Positions 55,177 to 64,000 of a stretch of DNA of 64,000 nucleotides are shown here, piece by piece. The notes under the pieces were generated by a model. The model did no database searches. It worked only from the letters and a program-made list of their open reading frames with translations, and was not told the origin of the DNA. The stretch comes from Eledone cirrhosa (taxonomy: Eukaryota). Location of the stretch: the NCBI GenBank assembly GCA_964016885.1, contig OZ024765.1:5270001-5334000 (forward strand). Direction: 5' to 3'. Both the position numbers and the translations under genes were made by a program. Each line of letters starts with the position of its first letter. Within the stretch, counting starts at the first letter, position 1.

Positions 55177-56082
55177 TTAGTAAGGTCTCCAAACTGATAC
55201 TGTGTTTTCCGAGGTCTCTGTACTCTGTGAGGACCTCGTTGGTGGAGGGCTAATGTGTTCTGATGTGTTGCCACGGAGATCGTCGCGCATCAACACGTCT
55301 GTTGATGGTTCTGGTCGGCTGATTCTCATCTCAACATCATTGGAATCTTCATCTTTGTTCGTCACCACCACAGGTTTGCTAACAACTATTGGCGGTGGCG
55401 CCGTTGTCTCTCCCCCCGGGAGCTGTCGGCATGGCGATGCCAGCAAGGCTGGTCGCTCGATTCTGGCTGGAACTTCTGACCTCTGACCCAGCAGTTCAAA
55501 GTTCCGCACCTCACTCGACGGCATGTAGAAGCCGCTCTGGTACTGCGGCGTAGAGCTGTAAAGATGAGGGTAAAGGAACGATGGGCTGCTGATGAAAGGT
55601 GATGAGATTGTGTTGGTGGGGGTCATAGAACTGAACAGGTCTCGATGTGAAATGATTGGGTAGCTCGAGTGTGTCGGGGGCAGGGCTAATGTTGAGATGG
55701 CCCGGCTCTCTTCGAGGATGGACAAATTCGAAGTGTTTGACGGGTAAGCTATGTTGTGCGTGGTAGGCGGTGGGAAAAGGTGGCTTGTGACGGGTGGATA
55801 ACGCGGATCTGCAAGGCGCGGGTTGGGGATTCGGACATCTGTGATTCCCTGGTAGGGTGGCAGCATGACGGGTAATCGAGAGTCGAGTGTGGAGAGACGT
55901 TGGTCGACCTGGTATCGGGAATCAAGCGAGGAGTAATCAAGATGGGATGTTTCTGGTATGACGGGTAGGCTACATCTGTCGGAAGGGGTCATGTTGTGCT
56001 GAGAAACTGGGGGTAGTTCAGCTGGAATTGGTTTTAAACCGGGTGTGGCTAACGTTTTGGTCAATGGTCGTTAGATGATGAG
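55177..56082 (-). CDS. runx: Runx/Runt-family transcription factor, terminal coding exon (exact acceptor uncertain)
   Basis: ~295-codon Pro/Ser/Thr-rich ORF ending VWRPY-TAA (Groucho/TLE-binding hallmark of Runx); LPPY PY-like motif; pyrimidine-rich acceptor at 56083-56100. Confidence 0.9.
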
Positions 56083-56158
56083 CTGCAATTGAGAAGAAAA
56101 ATTGATAATTAGAAATAATTTAGGTACATAAATAAATCAATTATACTAAATTACTAAT

Positions 56159-56345
56159 TACTGTATATACTCGAGTATAAGCTGAGGAATATGTTACCAA
56201 AAAATTAATGGTAAAATGAGGGGTGGGGGGGTCTTATATATGGCATCTAAACAATGTGTTGATTAGCTGCCTTGGAGTATAAACAATATTTGAATTTTTT
56301 TCAGAGATGGGGTGGGGGGGGACTTATATTCAAGTATATGTGGTA
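56159..56345. mobile_element. Pogo/Tigger-like MITE in the Runx intron
   Basis: tactgtatatactcgagtataag ... cttatattcaagtatatgtggta inverted termini. Confidence 0.55.
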
Positions 56346-56394
56346 AATCAAATAAATTAAAGTTTTTTTTCTTCAATTAGCAGTACTGTTGTTA

Positions 56395-56830
56395 TTTAAC
56401 TTTGCCTTTCATCCTAACGGGGTCGATAAAATAAAGTACCAGTCACGCACTGGGGTCGATTTAATCAACTTCCCTTCCCCCAAAATTGTTGGCTTTGTGC
56501 CTAATATAAGAAACCATTATTATTAAATCCCGTCGAGGTTAACTTTGCCTTTCATCCTTACGGGGTCGATAAAATAAAGTACCAGTAATGCACTGGGTAA
56601 TTGCTGGCCTTGTGCCAAAAGTAGAAACAATTATTACAGGGTTGATAAAATAAAGTACCAGTAATGCACTGGGATAATTGCTGGCCTTGTGCCAAAAGAA
56701 GGAACAATTATTATTATTATTATTATTATTATTAGTGTAAGTACCAGGCATGTATTGGGGTTAATATAATCGACTTTCTCTTCCCCCTCCCCAAATTGCT
56801 GGCATTGTACTGAAATTAGAAATCATATCT
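56395..56830 (+). mobile_element. Head-to-tail pile of 3-4 partial tRNA-SINE copies
   Basis: Repeated gataaaataaagtaccagt...gctggccttgtgcc...gaaacaattatt. Confidence 0.75.
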
Positions 56831-56921
56831 CGAGCAGATCAGTTGTGAAACCTGCTTCACGTGTGAATAAAATATGTATATAATGAAAGGTACTTTATTA
56901 TTGTTTATTTACATATGTATA

Positions 56922-57047
<126 letters not shown>

Positions 57048-57115
57048 CTTGTGTATAATGGTAGCTATGGTGCTTCCATAGGCGGTATGCCAAAATTATA
57101 TATATATATATACAT

Positions 57116-57148
<33 letters not shown>

Positions 57149-57189
57149 CACACACACACACGCACATATATATATACACACACACACAC

Positions 57190-57240
<51 letters not shown>

Positions 57241-57335
57241 TATATATACACACACATATATATATACACACACACATATATATATACACACACACACATA
57301 TATATATACACACACACATATATATATATATGTAT

Positions 57336-57416
<81 letters not shown>

Positions 57417-57681
57417 TATATATATATATATACACACACACATATATATATATACACACACATATATATCTATACACACACACACACATATATATATATA
57501 CACACACACATATATATATACACACACACACATATATATATATATATACACACACATATATATATATACACACACACACACATATATATATATACACACA
57601 CACATATATATATACACACACACACATATATATATATATATACACACACATATATATATACACACACACACATATATATAT

Positions 57682-57732
<51 letters not shown>

Positions 57733-58019
57733 TATATATATATATACACACACACGTGTGTGTATATATATATATATGGGCGGGGGTGGTGAGAGCAAAC
57801 CTCAGATCGCTGGAGATGACGAAGGACAGTGACAAGTGGAGAGATACTGTGCAGAATAGGGCCCATCCCACCCTGGCCCACCCCACCCTTGCCAGCAGGG
57901 AAAAGCAGCCGTAAAATGATGATGATGATTATATATGTGTATATATATATATACGCACATATATATATGTGTATATACACACACACACACACACATATAT
58001 ATATACACACACACACACC

Positions 58020-58076
<57 letters not shown>

Positions 58077-58264
58077 CCACACACACACATATATATATAC
58101 ACACACACACACCCACACACATATATATATATATATATACACACACACATATATATATATACACACCCACACACATATATATATATATACACACACACAC
58201 CCACACACATATATATAATACACACACACACCCACACACATATATATACACACACACCCACACA

Positions 58265-58336
<72 letters not shown>

Positions 58337-58371
58337 CACACACACACATATATATATACATACATACACAC

Positions 58372-58402
<31 letters not shown>

Positions 58403-58447
58403 TTTATATATATATACACACACACACACACATTTATATATATATAT

Positions 58448-58520
<73 letters not shown>

Positions 58521-58647
58521 TATATATATATATATATACACACACACATATATATATATATATACACACACATACATACATACACATACATATATATGTA
58601 CATATATATGTATATATATATATACACATATATATATATATAACATA

Positions 58648-58679
<32 letters not shown>

Positions 58680-58754
58680 CATACATATACACACATATAT
58701 ATATATATACATATATATATATACATACATATACACACATATATATATATATAC

Positions 58755-58785
<31 letters not shown>

Positions 58786-58969
58786 CATATATACATACAT
58801 GTACATATATATACATATACATATATATATAGCTACATTACATAGATAGATGCATATAAAAAACACACACATATAGGCAGATAGATAGACAGACAGATAT
58901 ATAGATAGTCTACAGTGTAGATAGAGTGACAGACATGAAAGAGACAGCATAGCAGTACATCTCACACAC

Positions 58970-59131
58970 CTTTGAGAAGCTCATGAGCTGGTGCCAGCAG
59001 AGATGTCTCCATTCTCTCATTCAATGGAGTCATATGTAAACTATTTCCTTTTGAGTTGTTCCTGTCAAGGAAGATGACCGTGGATTTACCTCTGCCCGGT
59101 GCTATAACGCCACCCAACAGCCGGTCTACAA
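58970..59131 (-). CDS. runx: Candidate Runx internal (cassette) exon, 162 nt, phase 1-1
   Basis: Acceptor tttccttgtttag|, donor aag|gtgtgt; open in the frame dictated by the upstream exon ([17 protein letters not shown]...HELLK). Confidence 0.5.
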
Positions 59132-59409
59132 CTAAACAAGGAAATAACGAAAAATCGTGGTTATTTATATTTACTTTGTTTTTTTTTAAATACTTTTTGG
59201 GATGGTCATGGATAGAGGTGGGGGAAGGGAATTTGGTTGGTGATTCAAAATATTGAAGTTAATAGACACACATACAGATACTCACACACACACACAAACA
59301 CAAACACACAAAGTTTGCTGAGTTTTAACAATACTGGTTCATTATGAGAAAGTTAAATTATTAAATCCCTCCAAATTCTTGATTATTTTCAAAATTATTT
59401 GAAAATCAT

Positions 59410-60103
59410 AGACAGTGTCTTACATTAGAAATATGGTAATGAAAGGGTTAATGACATAGGTAGTGTCTTACATTAGAAATATGGTAATGAAAGGGTTAAT
59501 GACATAGGTAGTGTCTTACATTAGAAATATGGTAATGAAAGGGTTAATGACATAGGTAGTGTCTTACATTAGAAATATGGTAATGAAAGCGTTAATGACA
59601 TAGGTAGTGTCTTACATTAGAAATATGGTAATGAAAGGGTTAATGACATAGGTAGTGTCTTACATTAGAAATATGGTAATGAAAGGGTTAATGACATAGG
59701 TAGTGTCTTACATTAGAAATATGGTAATGAAAGGGTTAATGACATAGGTAGTGTCTTACATTAGAAATATGGTAATGAAAGGGTTAATGACATAGGTAGT
59801 GTCTTACATTAGAAATATGGTAATGTAAGGGTTAATGACATAGACAGTGTCTTTCATTAGAAATATGGTAATGAAAGGGTTAATGACATGGACAGTGTCT
59901 TTCATTAGAAATATGGTAATGAAAGGGTTAATGACATGGACAGTGTCTTACATTAGAAATATGGTAATGAAAGGGCTAAAGACATAGGACAGTGTCTTTC
60001 ATTAGAAATATGGTAATGAAAGGGTTAATGACATAGACCAGTGTCTTTCATTAGAAATATGGTAATGACAGGGTTAATGACATAGACAGTGTCTTACATT
60101 AGA
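59410..60103. repeat. 48-bp minisatellite (~14 units) built from a piggyBac-like terminus
   Basis: Unit gacataggtagtgtcttacattagaaatatggtaatgaaagggttaat; reverse complement contains TTAA-CCCTT. Confidence 0.85.
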
Positions 60104-61263
60104 AGTCAATTAAATTTACTTCCTAAATCAGAAATAATTATTAAAGTGGTGTTTGGAACATAACTTCATAAAGGTTCAATCCCTCCAAATTCTTGACTAT
60201 TTTCAAGTATATTTGAAAATCCCAGTCCTTCATTAGAAATATGGCAAAAAAGGTTGAAATTATGAGATGTTAGTTTATATTACGAAATCCCTCCAAAGTA
60301 TTTTTTCACTGATTTGAAAATTATAGACAATGTCATCAATTAGATGTTAATGTTATATTTATCTTTCAACATAATTCCATGTAAGAACCTTTAAGTTATG
60401 TTCCAAACATGTTAGGCAGTGTCACTCAGAAATATGGTTGCAAAAGGGTTAAAGTGTTTATATTTATCTAAACAGCTTCCATCATAATTTTATGTATGAA
60501 CTTTTGTTAATTTATGTTCCAAACACCAACTTAATACAGAGAAAGTTAGTTATATTATTAAATCCCTCTAAATTCTTGATTATTTTCAAAATTATTTCAA
60601 AACTAAAGACAGTGTCTTTTATAAGAAATATGGTAATAAAAGGGTTAAAATGTTTATATTTATTTATCTATGTATTTCCTTGTTTATTATTAGGTAAAGC
60701 TAGCAAGACAACAATCAGCAAGGTTAGCAATTCAAATAACTACTTCAGAAAGCAAGGTAATTGATTTATATTTTTCTTGTGTTAAATAAAGAAACTGAAA
60801 AGATTTAAATACCATAAATTTCCCTTTCAGCTAAAGGGTTAAAGGTTAGGATAGTTTTAGGTGAAAACATCAGTTGCTACAGTAATTTATCTTTGGAGTA
60901 ATTTTACTTGATAGAGTACATAGCTCGGAGATGGGATAGTTGCTCCAGGCAGAGCCACTACTTCTCTGAACTGAGAGATCACAGCTCCAATACTATGGGC
61001 ATGTGGTTAGAATGTCTCAGTAAAGAATCGCTGGACAGATCTTACAGACAAAACCAACCGACAGGAGACCCAGTGGTAGACCCTTATGTAAGAACCTTTG
61101 TTAAGTTATGATCCGAACATAAACTTAATAATGAGTAAGTTAGTTATATTACTAAATCTCTCCAAAATGATTTGAAAACCAGTGTCTTTCATTAGAAATA
61201 TGGAAATGAAAGGTTTAAAGGGGTTAGACGTGATGAATAGATCAATAATTTAAGGGCAAATAC

Positions 61264-61458
61264 CTGATGGGTGATGAAATCCATTTGGTTCCACTCGAGT
61301 AACATCTGGATGATGGATTGTTGATCTCCGAAGATGCTCAAGTTCAGCGAGGTGGGTGGAATATCTACGTTCACTGAGGGGGTCAGGTAACGTCCGTTCG
61401 ACTGGTAGATTGAGGGGGCCAGGTCGTTGGTGTAGTCGACGCTCATCTGAGCGAAGTT
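61264..61458 (-). CDS. runx: Runx exon immediately C-terminal to the Runt domain, 195 nt, phase 1-1
   Basis: Acceptor tcttcttcttgtccag|, donor cag|gtattt. Reads xLRSDERRLHQRPGPLNLPVERTLPDPLSERRYSTHLAELEHLRRSTIHH..., compare LSELEQLRR in vertebrate RUNX. Confidence 0.85.
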
Positions 61459-62251
61459 CTGGACAAGAAGAAGAAGATGAAATAATAGATTTACTTTTTT
61501 TTTTTTTTTTATTTAACTACTCTGAAAGGTGGTAATGATGTTGACATGACAACAAAACAAACATCTTGTGGTGGGTCATGTTGGCGACACAACAAAAAAC
61601 ACCCAGTCCTACTTGTAACGTGGTAGTGCTGGTGCCATGACAAAACGCACCCAGTTTACTCGGTAAGATGGCAGTTCCAGTGAAAGATATCCAGCTGCAA
61701 GGAAACCAAGCCAGAAATGGAACTTATGAAGAAATGTATTTTGTATTACTAAATCCCTCCAAATTCTTGATTATTTTCAAAATCATAGGAAGTGGCTTTA
61801 TGGTAACTAAAGGGTTAAAGTGTTTATATTTATCTAAAACCTTCCATTATAATTTTATGTGAGAACCTTTAGGTCATGTTCCAAACGCCAGATGAATAAT
61901 GAAAATGTTATATGACTAAATACCTCCAAATTCTTGATTATTTTCAAAATTATTTGAAGTGTTTTTCATTAGAAATATGGTAATGAAAGGGTTAATGACA
62001 TAGGCAGTGTCTTTCATTAGAAATATGGTAATGAAAGGGTTAATGACATAGGCAGTGTCTTTCATTAGAAATATGGTAATGAAAGGGTTAGCCTGTTTTT
62101 GTTGCTGATTTTTTTTGTGAAGAACATGCTGATAAAAAAAATACATATACATACACATACATATATATATTTATATATATATATAAACATAGATATATAT
62201 GTATACATATATATAGATATATATGTGCATATATATATATATATACACATA

Positions 62252-62311
<60 letters not shown>

Positions 62312-62871
62312 CATACGAACATACATATATACATGCTTATATACACATATGCATACATGTAAAGAAATATATGTCAAATACTTATTGGATTATAGAAAAG
62401 AGTTTATGGGTACATTCTCAATTTTATCAATTCAAAATGTCAACCGCTCCCACCTCCTATTATCTTCTTCCCCCCACCCACTCCTGATCCCCAAAGAACC
62501 TTAGAAACAACTATGCCAAAATGAGATTTAAATATTAAGACCCAGTTTCCATGGAAACTCAGTAGTTATCTGCGTCACCAAAAATTAATGAACAAAGTTC
62601 GTTATGCTGAGTGGCACCAAGCATCCTGTATTTGCCTATAGAGTGGCACCAATAAACCTGATTTGTATACAGAGGGTTGCCAGAAATCCTGGGTTTTTTT
62701 TCCAACATACCACTTTGTTACTAAGAAAAAAAAAGGTTTCTTTTGTTTGTTTTTTGCTTTTTTATTTAATTTTGAAAAATAGTTCTCCCTTTCTCTGATA
62801 AAGATATTGTGCTCAAAATATAAAAAAAAACACGAGAGTAGACATCATACAAACAGATCCAATTTAACTCT

Positions 62872-63180
62872 TAACATCCTGTAATGATTTAGCAGAAAAT
62901 ATCTTTAAATGGGTTTGTTAATTTAAATGTTTATAGTATTTTTCTTTACTGGTGGACTATTGTGAAAATTTGTAGTTTTAACTGGTAACATCCTGTAACG
63001 TTCTTTCAGAAAATATCTAAAAAAGGTTTGATATTTTAAATGTTTATAGTATTTTTCTTTACTAGTGGACTATTGTGAAAATTTGTAGTTTTAACTGGTA
63101 ACATCCTGTAACGTTCTCTCAGAAAATATCTAAAAAAGGTTTGATATTTCAAATGTTTATAGTGTCTTTACTAATGGGGA
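62872..63180. repeat. ~113-bp tandem repeat (2.5-3 units), related to the duplicated unit at 52130-52390
   Basis: aacatcctgtaacg...aaatgtttatagtatt...ttgtgaaaatttg recurs. Confidence 0.65.
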
Positions 63181-64000
63181 GCGGTTGTTGTGAGAATAAG
63201 CATTGGTAGTGTTTTCTACTATAGTCTACGATTAACCAATGCTTTTTGGATGAAATTTGGTAGATTAAAAATGCAGAAACCCAGTGTATATGTTATGTGT
63301 GTATGTGTCTATGTATGTGTCTATGTATGTATGTATGTGTCTATATATGTGTCTATGTATGTATGTATGTGTCTATATATGTGTATGTGTATGTATGTGT
63401 CTATCTATATATGTATGTGTCTATGTATGTATGTGTCTATCTATGTATGTATGTGTTTATCTATATATGTATGTATCTATCTATCTATATATGTATGTAT
63501 CTATCTATGTTTGTATGTATCTATCTATGTATGTATGTGTCTATCTATGTATATATGTGTCTGTCTATGTATGTATGTGTCTATCTATGTATGTATGTAT
63601 CTATCTATGTATATATGTATCTATCTATGTATATATGTATCTATCTATCTATGTATGTGTCTATCTATGTATATATGTGTCTGTCTATGTATGTATTTTT
63701 ATGTCTGTGTTTATGTTCGGTAGATTTATAGTTCAACAATAAAGATATTGATAAAATAGGAAGCAGACTTCAAATATAAAGTACTTTGGGTTGATATGAT
63801 GGCCTAAATCCCTTCAGGGTGGTGCCCCAGTATGGCCCAGTCTAATGACTGGAACCAGTAAAAGAATACAGGAATAAGAGATAGACATTGATACATGGTA
63901 AAAATATATACACATATATACACACATATATATATACACACACACACATATATACACACACACACATATATATATATACACACACACATATATGTGTGTG

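Noticed and set aside
56071-56073. A-to-I read-through of the in-frame TAA (to TGG, giving LIIWRPL) ahead of the VWRPY ORF
   Set aside because: Needs a phase-0 upstream donor (none found) and double editing; an alternative acceptor or an indel is more parsimonious.
61192-61446. ORF-track peptide MSVDYTNDLAPS...
   Set aside because: Wrong frame; the alternative frame gives the Runx-conserved LAELEHLRR between good splice sites.

Overview
Repeat-saturated animal genomic DNA. The SINE families and extreme (TA)n/(CA)n content are most consistent with an octopod cephalopod (inference). The only host gene is the 3' part of a Runx/Runt-family transcription factor on the minus strand: a post-Runt exon at 61264-61458 (LAELEHLRR), a candidate cassette exon at 58970-59131 and a terminal exon ending in VWRPY* at 55177. 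The Runt-domain exons should lie beyond the right edge. The rest is mobile DNA: a 5'-truncated Penelope-like element (RT + GIY-YIG), CR1/L2, RTE and R4-like LINE fragments, tRNA-derived SINEs, two Helitron 3' ends (one just downstream of a 2.7-kb 30-bp minisatellite), Tc1/pogo-type MITEs, piggyBac-like termini and several minisatellites. The most striking unexplained structure is a dense set of short, asymmetric fold-back elements of several unrelated families inserted in (TA)n tracts. Many carry a type I hammerhead ribozyme core (CUGANGA...GAAA...NUH), and the fold-back turn lies close to that core. Nearly all long ORFs in the supplied track are microsatellite artefacts.
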